From assembly GCA_951406725.2 (NCBI GenBank), contig OX597821.1, forward strand, positions 92,690,001-92,754,000: a stretch of DNA of 64,000 bases, written 5' to 3'. The stretch's first letter is position 1. Each line of letters opens with the position of its first letter. Origin of the DNA: Octopus vulgaris. Taxonomy: Eukaryota. The notes beneath the pieces are model-generated. The model was not told the origin of the DNA and searched no databases. It saw only the letters and a program-made list of their open reading frames with translations. The translations under genes were made by a program, and so were the position numbers. Positions 12,150 through 26,718 of this stretch are shown piece by piece.

Positions 12150-12413
12150 TGGCCCCGTGCCGGTGACACGTAAAAGCACCATCCGTTCGTGGCCGTTTGC
12201 CAGCTCTGTCTGGCACCTGTGCGGGTGGCACGTAAAAAGCACCCACTACACTCATGGAGTGGTTGGCGTTAGGAAGGGCATCCAGCCGTAGAAACATTGC
12301 CAGATCTGACTGGGCCTGATGAAGCCTTCCAGCTTCACAGACCCCAGTTGAACCGTCCAACCCATGCTAGCATGGAGAACGGACGCTAAATGATGATGAT
12401 GATGATGATGATG
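12150..12413 (+). mobile_element. Repeat family D (SINE/RTE-related, (GAT)n tail)
   Basis: ggttggcgttaggaagggcatccagccgtagaaac ... ggacgctaaatgatgatg; copies at 13250-13322, 14890-15090(-) and 24700-24885. Confidence 0.75.
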
Positions 12414-13191
12414 AAAATCTTAATTAATTTCCATTCCCCTTTGATATGTTTAAGTATTATAAGTCTTTGGATAATTTTCAGTTTTTAAAAGTTGTCATTT
12501 TTCAACTGCTGGTGAAGGGCTGCGTCTGTGCAGTAGATTTTGAAAAAATTAGGATGTATAAACAAGAGGCACATAGTTTGATCGTCTCGTATTTATATAT
12601 TTAACCCAAGGTGTACCTCTTGAAGATGATTTCACCTCGTAAGTAAATGTTATTTACTTGCTAAACTAAAATCAGAGACCAATTGATCCAGGAAACTTGA
12701 TGATAAAATGGTTTTATTTTTTCATTTCGTTCCTGTCGAATTTTATCCATTATTTTTGTGGTTATAGAACCTAGCTGTTCTCTCTAGCATGTTGAATCCC
12801 ACGAGTGGATTCCTTATGTGTTTAAATGTACACTGTATATTATATATATATATCATAAGCTTGGCACTCTAACCACTGAGCCATGCACACCTTCACTGAG
12901 GTTGTGAGTTCAAATCCCCTACCAGGCTGTGTATTGTGTTCTTGAGCAAGATACTTTATTTCATGTTGCTCCAGTTCCCTCAGCTGTAGAAATGAGTTGC
13001 GATGACACATGTGCTAAGCTGTATCAGCCTTTGCCTTTCCCTTGGATAACACTGGTGACATGGAGGGGTGGGGCTGGTATGCACGGGTGACTGCTGGTCT
13101 TCCATAAAAACAACCTTGCCTGGACTTGTGCCTGGGAGGGTAACTTTCTAGGTGCAATCCCACAGTCAGTCATGACCGAAATGGGTCTCAG

Positions 13192-13242
<51 letters not shown>

Positions 13243-13335
13243 ATCGGGCTTGCCAGACCCCAGTTGAACTGTCCAACCCATGCTAGCATGGAAAGCGGAC
13301 GTTAAACGATGATGATGATGATATATATATATATA

Positions 13336-13574
13336 TACTGGAGTAAGCACATAGATGTGAAACAAGGTGGAAAAAAGAGTACTCAAATACCAGTGGTAGA
13401 GTAATATGCTTTATTTAAAGCAGCAGAAAATTCAACAAAACCTGTTACTCTGAGTTTCCAGTTGCCGTTCATCGGACAGTTTTTGCTAGAATTCTAGCAA
13501 AAACTGTCCGATGAACGGCAACGGGAAACTCAGAGTAACAGGTTTTGTTGAATTTTCTGCTGCTTTAAATAAAG

Positions 13575-13576
<2 letters not shown>
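13336..13576. mobile_element. Penelope-type terminal module with a palindrome (about 13407-13576) carrying two opposed hammerhead-like motifs
   Basis: Arms centred on gaattc at 13489-13494; plus arm cugu-CCGAUGA-ACG(gcaa)CGG-GAAACUCAGAGU-A-acag; flanked by (TA)n. Confidence 0.75.
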
Positions 13577-13634
<58 letters not shown>

Positions 13635-14011
13635 TACATATATACATACATACATACATACATACATAATACATACCTACATAATACATACATATATACA
13701 TACATATATATATATATGCATACACATACTCACACAAAATATTTTTATGTATGCTATCAACAATTTTTTTGACAAAATAGCCATTACTGTTACAAACAGC
13801 TACAATAATTCAAATAGTTATTTAACAGTAAATGATTATTACTATTAATATAATATTGGTAGCTAAATTAATTATGTTAGTGATATATGCTGACAACTTC
13901 ACTTAAGTAAAATAATAATTTTTTTTTTTTTACCACAACAAAAAGACAAAAATATATTATTCTAATCCTGAACCATATAACGTTTATTATTGTGTAATTA
14001 ATATAATGAAG

Positions 14012-14049
<38 letters not shown>

Positions 14050-14469
14050 CACTGTGAAAATTTTAAACAACAATAAGCATACACATAAAACTAATAATGG
14101 TTGATCTCAAGGGGAATTTTACTGATGGTGAAATTTATTCCAGGAAGCAATAAAAGATAATGAGGTTTAATTCACTGAATTAATATTTTAGAGGTGTCTG
14201 AATTAACGTTAACTCTAGTTTATCTATGACTGGACAATTTTGTTTCTACTTTCTTTCCAACATCTGTAATAATGCCGCAGAGTTAATCATTTAAAGTCAA
14301 TGGTGTGAAACAGAATTTGCTTACGTCCAAAGTGTTTATGTTGTAATCTATCAGAGCACAACAGAGACTCAACCCCCATTGCAAAAACTTTTGCCGAAAC
14401 AAACATACGTATACATATATTTATATACATATATTAAGTGTGTGAATATTTCGCAGGAAGTTTTATAAC

Positions 14470-14478
14470 GCTGTCATT

Positions 14479-14521
<43 letters not shown>

Positions 14522-14912
14522 CCATCATCACCACCATCACCATCATCATCATCACTATTATCATTGTCGCCATCATCATCACCATCATCACCACCACCAC
14601 CACCACCACCATCATCATCACTATTATCATTGTCGCCATCATCATCATCATCATCATCATCTTCACCATCATCATCAGCAGCAGCAGCAGTACCATCATC
14701 ATCATCATCATCATCATCACCATCATCACCACCACCACCACCATCATCATCACCATTATCATTGTCGCCATCATCATCATCATCATCATCTTTACCATCA
14801 TCATCATCAGCAGCAACAGCAGTACCATCACCATCATCATCATCATCATCATCATCATCCTCATCATCATCATCATCACAATAATCGTTACGATTATCAT
14901 CATCATCATCAT
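14470..14912. repeat. (CAT/CAC)n microsatellite with higher-order units
   Basis: ttatcattgtcgccatcatc occurs 3 times; cagcagcag..tacc twice. Confidence 0.9.
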
Positions 14913-15096
14913 TATCTGTTTTTCATGCTGGCATGGGTCAGAGGGTTCCACTGGAACTGGCAAGTCAGAACACTGTGCCAGTCCCTTTCTGTCTGCTTGG
15001 CATAGTTTCTACGGGTTGATGCCTTTCCTAATGTCAACCATTTTACAGAGTGTACTGAGGGGGTTTCTTTTCTTTTATGTGGCACCAGCAGCAGCG

Positions 15097-15478
15097 TGGA
15101 GGCACAATGGCCCAGTGGTTAGGGCAGCAGACTCGCAGTTGGAGGATCACAGTTTCGATTCCCAGACCGGGCGTTGTGTGTGTTTATTGAGTGAAAATAC
15201 CTAAATCTCTACGATGCTCCAGCAGGGGATGGTGGCGACCCCTGTTGTACTCTTTCGCTCCAACTTTCTCTCACTCTTTCTTCCTGTTTCTTATCCCCGA
15301 CTTCCTACACAACCGCTGAGCCTGGATGCACATTCATCCATCTGTCAATGGTCTTGGTATCAGCGGTTGACCTGCTTTCTCTTCTGCGGGTCTTACGAAT
15401 AGCAAAGGACCATGTTTCGGACTTCTCCCTCTACACTCTGGGATGAAGACTGCTTCGCTCAACAAACAAACAAACCAA
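15097..15478 (+). mobile_element. SINE family C with (CAAA)n tail
   Basis: Head identical in type to 7834 and 46707; different 3' part; adjoins or interrupts a family D copy. Confidence 0.8.
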
Positions 15479-15843
15479 CAGGAGCAGTGAGATCCCTGAT
15501 TAACTAGCAAGACAAAATCCTTCAGCTGAGGAGTGGGTGCTGAGGGATAGTAAAAGGAGTCTTGTATTAGAGGGGGGAACATGCCTGCCTCATGTGGGGT
15601 AAGAGGGGAAAGTGAAAGAGAGAGAGAGAAAGAAAGAGAGAGGATGGCGGTGACAGTGAGTGGGCTAGGGGATCAGAAAGGGTGAATAGGTGAGTTCACA
15701 AGATTGCAGTGGTTGATGGAGAGGGGGAGTAATGAGTGTGTACATAAACTCTCCCTAGAATCCCAATAAAGTTCTTTGCATCTTAACCCTTTCATTACCA
15801 TATTTATTTTGAGATGCTCTTTGTTTCCTTCAATTAATTTTAA

Positions 15844-15999
15844 AGTGGCTGTGTGGTAAGTAACTTGCCTACCAACCACATGGTTCCAGGTTCGGTCCAC
15901 TGCATGGCACCTTGGGCAAGTGTCTTCTACTATAGCCTTGGGATGACCAAAGCCTTGTGAATGGATTTGGTAGATGGAAACTGAAAGAAGCTCATCGTA

Positions 16000-16080
<81 letters not shown>

Positions 16081-16302
16081 GTGTATATGTTTGTGTGCCT
16101 GTGTTTGTCCTCCCAACATCACTTGACAACCGATGGTGGTGTGTCTACGTCCCCGTAACTTAGCTGTTCGGCAAAAGAGACCAATAGAATAAGTATAAGG
16201 CTTCCAAAGAATAAGTCCTGGGGTCGATCTACTTGACAAAAGGCAGTGCTCCAGCATGGCCGCATTCAAATGCCTGTAACAAATAAAAGAGAAAAAAAAG
16301 AG
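15844..16302 (+). mobile_element. SINE family A
   Basis: Family A head, internal (TA)(TG) tract and tail. Confidence 0.9.
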
Positions 16303-17608
16303 TATAACAAAGAATTCAGTGAAATAACTTAGTTATCATTAAACTAGTGTTAGGAATATAAATTGTGACTAAGGTTTGGTGGAAGATTTTAATGCAGAAT
16401 TTTTGAAAATAAGACATTTGTACTACACAGCCAGAGGCGGTTTCAGGTGGGTTAGTATCAAAAGGGTTAAAGGATAGGGAACAGCAGAATCAGAAACATA
16501 CAAGAAAAGTGGATTGCGTCATTTCATCGTAAACCTTTACATTATGAGTTCCTGTTCTGTAGAGGATAGCTTACCCCTCTATCTTTATGAAGTTAGGAAA
16601 ATAAGCAGCAAACAAGTTGATTAAATGGATTTCCTTTTTCTGAAATTTGCTGCCATCTGTATGATCCAAGAAGGTTACTAGACGGAGAAGGGTTATCTAA
16701 TCATCAAAAAGGAGGGTTCCCTTCTGTTCACAACCACTTTCAACCTAAAATCTTTGTAACTTTCTCTATATTGATAACGGGCAAATTTATATAAAATCCT
16801 GACCTCGTCCAACTCACCCAGTCCTGTACCCGTCCTTTGTAGTGAAATTACTAAGGAACAGGAGAGACCACATGACATAGACATTATTCTCTAAGCTGAA
16901 GTGTCATGACTCTATATCTCATCCTTGGCAGTGTAATAGGTTACGTGTTAGACATGGAATATTATTGTTCCCATTTATTTAGCAATGGATAAATCAATTT
17001 AGAAGCCCTTACGTAGTCACTTGGCCTGTGAAAAGCAACAGTGAAATCCCAATCGAATTACATATGCCCAAAGGATGTACACAATGGATAATGCTGTGTT
17101 TGATATATTATGGCTGAAATAAATTCACTAGATGTATATTGCTAGAGCACCTTTGATCAAAGGCCTGCTCAGTCAGAACTGATCTGATCTAAAGGGCAAC
17201 AACACTATCAGTAACAAATACAGCCAACAGTATCATATAATCCCAATGAAACAACAAGGGAGATTTTACATGGTGATGAAAATTACTAAAAATAGCAACC
17301 AAATCTCTTTGAAATTACAGCTTCTTAAATTAAAAGACAGAACATATTGGATAATGTAATTATCAAAACATAAAAGATCAAAGCTGGATTGCCTTTGGTC
17401 ATAGGAATTCATAGCCAAAGCTCACCTGAAGATAAACAACAACTATAAACCCCAACAACGCAATGAAGAAACCTCTGCACAGACATTTAATTTGTAAGAA
17501 GCAGCCAGGTCACTTAAATTACACTGTGTCATTGAAAGAAGTGATGTGAGAGATCGGATAATGTAGGCGTAGATACACTATATCTAAAAGCAAATAAATG
17601 CACAGAAT

Positions 17609-17770
17609 AGGCGCAGGAGTGGCTGTGTGGTAAGTAGCTTGCTAACCAACCACATGGTTCCGGGTTCAGTCCCACTGCGTGGCATCTTGGGCAAGTGTCT
17701 TCTGCTATAGCCCCGGGCCAACAAAAGCCTTGGTGAGTGGATTTGGTTGACGGAAACTAAAAGAAGCCCA

Positions 17771-17807
<37 letters not shown>

Positions 17808-18033
17808 TGTGCGTGTGTGTGTGTGTGCATTTGTGTATCTGTGCTTGTCCTCCAACATCACTTGACAACCGATGCTGGTGTGTTTACGTCCCCATAACTT
17901 ACCGGTTTGGCAAAAGAGATTGATTGAATAAGTACAAGACTTACAAAGAATAACTCCTGGGGGTCGATTTCTTCGTCTAAAGTCGGTGTTCCAGCATGGC
18001 CACAGTAAAATGACCGAAACAAGTAAAAGAGTA
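17609..18033 (+). mobile_element. SINE family A
   Basis: ggcgcaggagtggctgtgtggtaag ... gaccgaaacaagtaaaagag. Confidence 0.9.
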
Positions 18034-18279
18034 CTCATTAGCCCTTGTCATCAGCTCTGCTTGAATACATCCACGACTGTGTAGAATACGGAACATTTCA
18101 TGTCAATGATATCATAATTCTGACATCTTCATTGGTTCTACATCACTGCCAAAAATATTTTTATAAGTTTTGCTGTTACATTGATCGTGTGTTTTGCCGT
18201 AGCATAGGTTGAACGATGCCACTTCAGTGGAAATTCCTAGACAGACACAACACACAGCTCCATTGCTCTGCTCACTGTA

Positions 18280-18805
<526 letters not shown>

Positions 18806-19599
18806 TATCTGAGACAAGCTATATAGCCTAGATGCAAAATAAGCAGAAACATTTTTTTTTATTTAATTTAATGCAAGTTTTTATGTGTTTTTTATGTAAT
18901 TTTATTCGAAAATATTTAAATTTTTATTGTAATACAGATACATGTCTAAAGCTGAATTTTTTTCAAACTTCTATGATACGTGAAGCTTTCAAGACTATGT
19001 CTATGGGTAATGTTTATTTTATGGCTTCAAAAAATACTCTCTTTATATCTTATCTTACATATTTCCTTGTAAAATTTAGATTAGCTAAAATATGTTTATG
19101 GCACATTTCAACTGCTAAAAGGCAAATACACTGCAGTTACTGAAGAGAAAATATCTCTCTTGTGATAAAAAGGTGTGAAAACACCCCCGTTAACATTTCA
19201 TTATATTTCCTTGTAATACTAAATTGATATAAAACACATGTGACAGAAGTAATTGTAACAGCAAGATGTTTTATTCAGTAAGAGCTGTGGGAAGATACCA
19301 TTTTTGGTTCTACAGTTTAATGTCCTGAAAAAGATGTCTTCTTTCTCTATCCTGTGAGAAGGTGACATAGAGCTGACCATGAGGGAAACATGGTCTTGTC
19401 AGTTAAGTTTCAGCAACTTTGAACAATTTTCCATAAGATTTGCTGATGGGCATAGAAAATAGCAGTACTACTTGATATAAAAATCACTTCAACTGAAAAG
19501 GTATGCCCACTGGAATGGGAATGCGTGCAATAGAAACATTGCCCATAAAACAAATTGTCATAATGCTGGCTTCAGACACATGGGACATGAGTTCTGAAA

Positions 19600-19800
19600 C
19601 TTTTACAAAATTCTTTGAAAACTGGGCTGTTGACACATTTCTATTTAGTGCAGCTTTCATGCTGGTAGAAAAAGAGTTTTTCTTTTCATCTCCAAATAAA
19701 GAATGGTTTTAGGCATATTCACAACTCATCAGCAAATGTATGCTTTGAAAAGACTGGCTGAATTTGCCTGAAATCACCAGATAGCAATTCTTTAATGACT
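19600..19800 (-). mobile_element. Helitron Pif1-like helicase remnant (copy 2)
   Basis: LLSGDFRQIQPVFSKHTFADEL*ICLKPFFIW, matching LxGDFRQILPV...ACLKxSxLW. Confidence 0.65.
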
Positions 19801-19970
19801 CCACTCAGAGTCTTGGTGGCCCCAGACTTTGTAGTAGCATAAGGGGTGCACACACCTTCAGCCATATTCTGTAATGAGAAACACCGATGGGTTGAAAAGA
19901 GACAGTCTATTGTATATTTGACAGCATCGTTATCATTAACTAGAGTATAAAACAACTTGTACCATCCTAA

Positions 19971-20346
19971 AGAAGCTTGAGAGGTGGTTGGATGGAACCT
20001 ACACTCGCCTCCTTATGAGAGCTCAAAATCTCTCATGGAAGCGTCATCCAACCAAAATGCAAATATATGGGAAACTACCACCTGTGTCATCTCTTGTGAA
20101 AGGTAGAAGAGTCCAGTTTGCTGGACATTGTTGTAGAGCTGAAAACGAGGCAATTTCTACTCTTCTCCTCTGGAAGCCATCTACTCGCAATACCAGAGGG
20201 CGCACACACTCCTACCCTGATGTAATCTCCAGGGATACAGGCATCCAGCAACAGGACCTCTGTAATGCCATGATGGACCATGAAGTCTGGTGTAGCATGG
20301 TAAATTCCATTGTCTCGACCACGGTCGAACAATGATGTTGATGATG
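19971..20346 (+). mobile_element. 5'-truncated RTE-type LINE, with TSD
   Basis: LDGTYTRLLMRAQNLSW..RRVQFAGHCCR..LLLWKP..RGR..YPD; (GAT) tail; 10-bp TSD accatcctaa at 19961-19970 and 20347-20356. Confidence 0.85.
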
Positions 20347-20559
20347 ACCATCCTAATTTGTTTAGTAGTGCTTGAATGAAGGAAGCATTAATAACATCAT
20401 ACACAATATCATTTTTAAAAACTAGGATGGTGTGTTCAGAAAGATAATCATGATTCCTGTAATTCTGTGAAAGAATAGTTTAATCTTTCAGTAGTATATC
20501 CTGAGATGTGTTGATGATTGTTTCACAATTTGCTTGATATCCCAGAGTCAACTGATAGC

Positions 20560-21370
20560 CGACCAACCAAAGTAAAACTATTTGCAGTTAGGCCAGCTGA
20601 TGCATTTCTATTAATTGCAGCTTTCAGGCTGGTAGAAAGATGTTTTTCCACTCCTTTTCAAATACAGAATTCTTCAAGACATGCCCTCAACTCAAATGCA
20701 GAAGTATTCTTTGAAATAACTGGCTGAATTTGTCTAAAAATCACCAGAAAACAAGATTTTGATAGAGAAATGGCATTCTCTCTGTCTTGAACTAGATCAG
20801 TGTGTGTGTTGTATGTTTTAGCCATTAAAGTTATCTGTAATGAGCTCTGCATAATTAACTCAGTAGCATTGTGGATGCCATGTTTATTCTATATATCAAC
20901 GCCTTAGAGAATCACCATTTTCAAAGTGAGTTTCTTAAGGGATTTGTTGCTTCTATCCATGATGTCAGTGTTTAATTTATGATCTTCTAAGAATCAAGCA
21001 TGAGCCTTGAATGCAACTCTTTGAGATAGTATCCACTCACCCAATAGTATCAGTTTGGCTTATTTCCAGATCTTCTCTTGCCAGATTCTTTACCAAAATC
21101 ATATGAACTGCCATTGTGCGCAAAGACGAACGTGTGCAAGGTAAGTATGGTCTTACTATACATGAGCAAAGTTGCAACAATGCAACATGATGTTACTGTA
21201 AAATATATCTGCTTTTTAATGAACTTCTACCAAAATGAAGATGATCAAAAACGTTTTTGCTGCACAAATAGGAGTACCAAGAAAAGTTATTATTCCTGAA
21301 TCAATAACCACTAATATTTGATCCTTGCATAAGTTTTTACTCATCTGCAAGCAAAACTGGTTTGTTTTTC
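20560..21370 (-). mobile_element. Helitron Pif1-like helicase remnant (copy 1), interrupted by a 191-bp insert
   Basis: Degenerate Walker A FLGTPICAAKTFLI, VTSCCIVATLL, AKLILLGE..AFKA, MDS|KILFSGDF-RQIQPV..ELRACL. Confidence 0.65.
20762..20952. repeat. Direct repeat, copy 1 (copy 2 at 21688-21868)
   Basis: atagagaaatggcattctctctg...gggatttgttgctt nearly identical at both positions. Confidence 0.9.
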
Positions 21371-22476
21371 TTGGTATACAGTTCTATGTAGTGTGTTATA
21401 GCAGGTTACCCAAAGGAATTTTTGGAGGAGTGCTGCAACTGTAATACCCATAGTAGCTGGAAATCTATGCTACCCAAGATCTTTGATAGTAATGGGTTGT
21501 AGAGAGATTCTATTGATGTTCAGCGCTTGGTAGAGGTAGAATACGACAGTGGGATTTTTACCATCTTAATTGTTTATACACGACAACTTTTCACACGGTG
21601 AATACCAGAGGCTAACATATCTACAACAGTCTCTGTTATGAGGAAATATTGGGGTCAGTAATTCTTTGATTACTTGATTGAATTTTTATAGAGAAATGGC
21701 ATTCTCTCTGTGTCTTGAACTAGATCAGTGTGTGTGTTGTATGTTTTAGCCATTAAAGTTATTTGTAATGAGCTCTGCATAATTAACTCAGTAACATGTT
21801 TATTCTATATATCAGCGCCTTAGAGAATCACCGTTCTCAAAGTGAGTTTCTTAAGGGATTTGTTGCTTGATATTTAATATTCGGACAAGGGCTATCTGGA
21901 TGTCCATCTTATAGATTTATGAGGCACCACTGTTTAGAGAATAATAACCCACTTTAACAATATTGGCACTGAGAGATTGTGGTATTTAGATGTAAATAGG
22001 AACTCTCTGTTATAATTCATTACTACAGAATCAAACAAGTCTCCTAACTTGTAATATCATGAACAGAATTATATTATATACTAAGGGTGTGAAAAAATAA
22101 GAGATTATGTTTAACTGAAAAAATCCAGATATTAAAACATAATTGTTGAAAAGAAGATTTAAGATATTGTCACTCTGTCAGCACTAAAGATATTTCTTCC
22201 GGAGAATGTTTATAGGAAAGAATTTGGTGGATTTTAATAAGCTGGTGATTTCTCAAAATTGGAAAACTCAGACTGAAATAAGAGAAACTATTCAGTTGGT
22301 GTCTCATATATGTGGCAGGAAACTCAATAAACAATGCAGTGAATTATCGGCTGCATTCTGATAAACAAGAACTATGCCTTATGAATTAAGTGATATTGCC
22401 ACTTTTTATTTTTGAAAACAGTTACATATACATATTTACATATATATGTGTGTGAATGCATGTATGCATGCCTGTG

Positions 22477-22527
<51 letters not shown>

Positions 22528-22906
22528 TCCTTTCGAAAAGACACCTGTCAGTGACGTCCTGTTTTTGTTATTATCATTATCATTATTGTTTTTACGTATT
22601 TTCGTATTCTTATTCATGTTATCATTATTGTTTTTACGTATTTTTGTATTCTTATTCGTGTAACATCGTCCGTTTTCCCATCCTTGTTTTGTATACATTC
22701 GAGGCTTTCTTCCAAGGAATCTAATGCGCTTGGCTTAAATTTTCCTGTGGGGCTGGCCAGGTCGGAGCAATCTCAAGATTAATCAGCCGAAATCGCGAGG
22801 ATGATCCGGTTCTTGACTGAAGATTGAAGGCTTCGAATGTCCCGTCCGTGTTTTTTGTATCGTCTTCTAAATGTTTTGCGTTCTTGTCCCAGTTTGTATT
22901 TTTTAC

Positions 22907-22993
<87 letters not shown>

Positions 22994-23064
22994 AATGTAA
23001 ACAAGCATACATGTATAACACAATATACAATTATAAATTTATTTTATTTCCATTGATATATTCT

Positions 23065-23460
23065 TTTTTTCTTTTATTTCTTTCAGTCATTTGACTGCAG
23101 CCATGCTGGAGTACCACATTTAGTCAAACAAATCGACTCCAGGACTTATTGTTTGTAAGCCTAGTATTTATTCTATTGTTCTCTTTTTGCCGAGATGCTA
23201 AGTTACAAGGATGTAAACACATCAACATTAGTTGTCAAGCAATGGTGGGAGACAAACACTGACACACAAATATATACACACACACACACACACACACATA
23301 TATGAAGGCTTCTTTCAGTTTCCATCTACCAAATCCACCCACAAGACTTTGGTTACCTTGAGGCTGTAGAAGACACATGCTCAATGTGCCACACTGTGGG
23401 GTTGAACATGGAACCATGTAATTGGTAAGCAAGCTACATACCACACAGTTACTCCTACCA
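23065..23460 (-). mobile_element. SINE family A (diverged)
   Basis: Reverse complement of family A head and tail. Confidence 0.85.
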
Positions 23461-23887
23461 GTTTAAGTTCTTGCAAATAGATATGTAATATTGGTTTCAA
23501 ATTTTGGTATAGGGCCACAAGGTATCTATATTCTGAACTTTGAAGCGATAAAAGGCAAAAGTGACGTCAATGCAATTTCAACTCAGATTGTAAATACTGC
23601 TAAGAATTTTGCCTGGCATGCAAACGATTCTGCTGGCTCCCAGCCTTAAAATAGTTATTCAATATTCATGATGTTTATATGCATATATATATATATGATA
23701 AAAAATGGTAAGACAACAAAAGAATGAAAGAGACCTCAATATTATTTTATCATGGCTACCGAATAATTGTCACATATTACATTTACAGATATATATTTAT
23801 ATATACGTTTATATATTTGCAAAACAAATATATATCTATATAGTATATATAATATATATATATATACATATATATATACATATATAT

Positions 23888-23943
<56 letters not shown>

Positions 23944-24007
23944 ATTTATATATATGTATGTATGTATGTGTATATATATATGTATGTATTGTATATATAT
24001 ATGTATG

Positions 24008-24074
<67 letters not shown>

Positions 24075-24163
24075 AAGCACATAAAAAAATAATATTCGAA
24101 TACCAGAGGTAGACTAATATGCTTTATTAAAATATAGCAAAATTATCTCGCTCCTTTCTAAAC

Positions 24164-24209
24164 AAAACTGTCTGATGAACAAGAATGTGAAACTCTGAGG
24201 AACAGTTTT
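24164..24209 (+). ncRNA. Minimal type I hammerhead-like motif (cleavage-site U mutated)
   Basis: aaaacugu-CUGAUGA-ACA(agaa)UGU-GAAACUCUGAG-G-A-acaguuuu; 8-bp stem I. Confidence 0.6.
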
Positions 24210-24236
24210 TGTGATATTTTCCTGCTTTTTAATAAC

Positions 24237-24269
<33 letters not shown>

Positions 24270-24567
24270 TATATATATAAATTCTCTACTGGGAATGACC
24301 AAGTTTAAAAATCTGCTGGATGTCACTCATAAGAGAATCTTACATTGCTTATAAACTCTATAATTGGGAGGACTCATTTTAAACTCTGCTGGACTTTTGG
24401 ACTTTACCCATAAGATATTGGAATATTGCATCTATACCATAATGCCTAAAAAATGGATTTACAACTTCAATACCCATACATATATTGCATCTATTTTCTT
24501 TCCTCCACCTCACTCTCTATCTTGTATCACATCTAAACTAACTGTGATTTAACTATCCTCTCACACT

Positions 24568-24619
24568 GTCTCCGATGAAGGGATATTATTAATGAATATC
24601 CTAGAAATAGCTGTAAGAC
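24568..24619 (+). ncRNA. Minimal type I hammerhead-like motif
   Basis: gucu-CCGAUGA-A-GGGAUAUU(auuaaug)AAUAUCCU-A-GAAAUAGCUGU-A-agac; near-palindromic stem III. Confidence 0.6.
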
Positions 24620-25614
24620 CTATCTATAAATGCTATAATATCTACACAGCCTTGGTTTTTTTATCTTATTACGCAAAAAATTCTTATATATATACTACAC
24701 TCACGAAGTGGTTGGTGTTAGGAAGGGCATCCAGAAACACTGCCAGATCAGACTGGAGCCTGGTGCAGACTGGAGCCTGGTGCAGCCCCTGGCTTCCCAG
24801 ACCCCGGTCGAACCGTCCAACCCGTGCTAGTCATGGAAAACGGACGTTAAACGATGTTGACGATAATGATGATGATGACGATGATATATGTATATATGTA
24901 TATATAAATGGTGAAGATATAGCTGTGTGGTTGCATGTTATGCTTCCTAATCACATAGTTTTAGGTTCAGTGCTACTGCATGGCAACCTGTTGGGTCAAT
25001 CAAAGCCTTGTGGGTGAACATAGTAGATGGAAACTGAATGAAGCATGTCATTTATATAGATGCACATGTGTGTTTATGTATATGTGTATACACGTACATA
25101 TATATGGATATGTATGTATGTATATGCATATATGTATGTATGTATGTATGTATGTAAGTATGTATATGTGCATATGTGTGAGAATATTGGTTTGTTTACA
25201 TTTCCCTTTCTTCGGAAAAGGATAATCTACACGCAATGATACTATGGACATTTTATCAGTTAACAATTCATTTGTTATATTTGCGCTTTCACAGACATCC
25301 GATACAAGAGATAGCTTCCTCGAAAAATAGCCATGTGTTAGCACCAGAAACAGCATCCACTTGTAAAACAATAAAGCAATGCCTCAATAATATATTCATC
25401 TAACTCATACTAGTGGGGAGAAAATGAATGTAGATCATTATGTTTAGTTTTGCATAGATGTATATAGAGAGAAGCATTTCAAATTATTTCTTTATATATA
25501 AATGCAAATTTGTATGCGTGCACAATAATAAATACTCATTATATACTATGTATACATGTAGCCATGTATATAACATATATAGATAAATCTTTTTCTTATC
25601 CTCAATTTTCTCTA

Positions 25615-25646
<32 letters not shown>

Positions 25647-25648
<2 letters not shown>

Positions 25649-25922
25649 ATACGAATATACACATATGCACACATATGTATATGTCTGTACGTATCATCAT
25701 ATACAATATATATTATATATGAATACACACACACACAAACACACATACACACACATATATATACATATATATATCATCATCATCATCAAACGATGATGAT
25801 GATGATGATGATATATATATGTATATATATGTGTGTGTGTGTGTATTCATATATAATATATATTGTATATGATGATACGTACAGACATATACATGTGTGT
25901 GCATATGTGTATATTCGTATAT
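25647..25922. repeat. Long inverted repeat (fold-back) with 4-nt loop aaac at 25788-25791
   Basis: acgaatatacacatatgcacac...gtctgtacgtatcatcat is mirrored by atgatgatacgtacagac...gtgtgcatatgtgtatattcgt. Confidence 0.9.
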
Positions 25923-26673
25923 TATATATATATTATATATATCATATATGATGATACATAGAGACATATACATACATCTATATATATATATATATATATA
26001 TATACATACATAAAATCATATTTATAAGAGAATATTTTTTCATATATATATGTGTATATGTGTGCAGGTGTATGTATGTGTATAACTATGTGAGAGCAAG
26101 CACGTGTAAGAATACAAACAGACATACATACTAACACATAATTATGTACATACACAAGATTTCAAACATACACAGACACTGCTACATAAAAATGAGGGAA
26201 TCCTATGAAACATGTGTTTTATGTGAATATTATCTGGATAACAATTTATTAAACCATAAAACTGGAAAGAAAATTGAAACAAAAACAATACAGAAGAGAG
26301 AGAGCAAAAAATATGAATAAAAAAAAAAGAAACAAGTTCAAAACGCTATATCAAAAATACATCAAAACCTGAAAATATGGAGGCAACACAATGATGGAGA
26401 GGAAGAAACAGACAACAAGGAGAATGTTCTGTTGTATAAGAACCATAGCCGGATTGTATTATGGCCAGAAATAAATCATGGCTGAAAGGAAAGACAATTA
26501 TAATCAAAAGAAATACATTAAGAAATACAATATATCTATGCATGATATATATATATGTGTGTGCATGTGTGGGCGTGTGTGTGTGTATATATATATGTGT
26601 GTGTGTATGTGTGTGTGTGTGTGTGTATGTATGCATATGTATATGTGTATATATATATGTATATATATGTGTG

Positions 26674-26718
<45 letters not shown>

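Noticed and set aside
14438-14884. Ser/Pro-rich 148-aa ORF
   Set aside because: It is the (CAT)n tail region of a repeat element, not a gene
16680-16960. Possible LINE ORF1 remnant on the minus strand
   Set aside because: Only vague similarity (LKVVVNRREP); not supportable by eye
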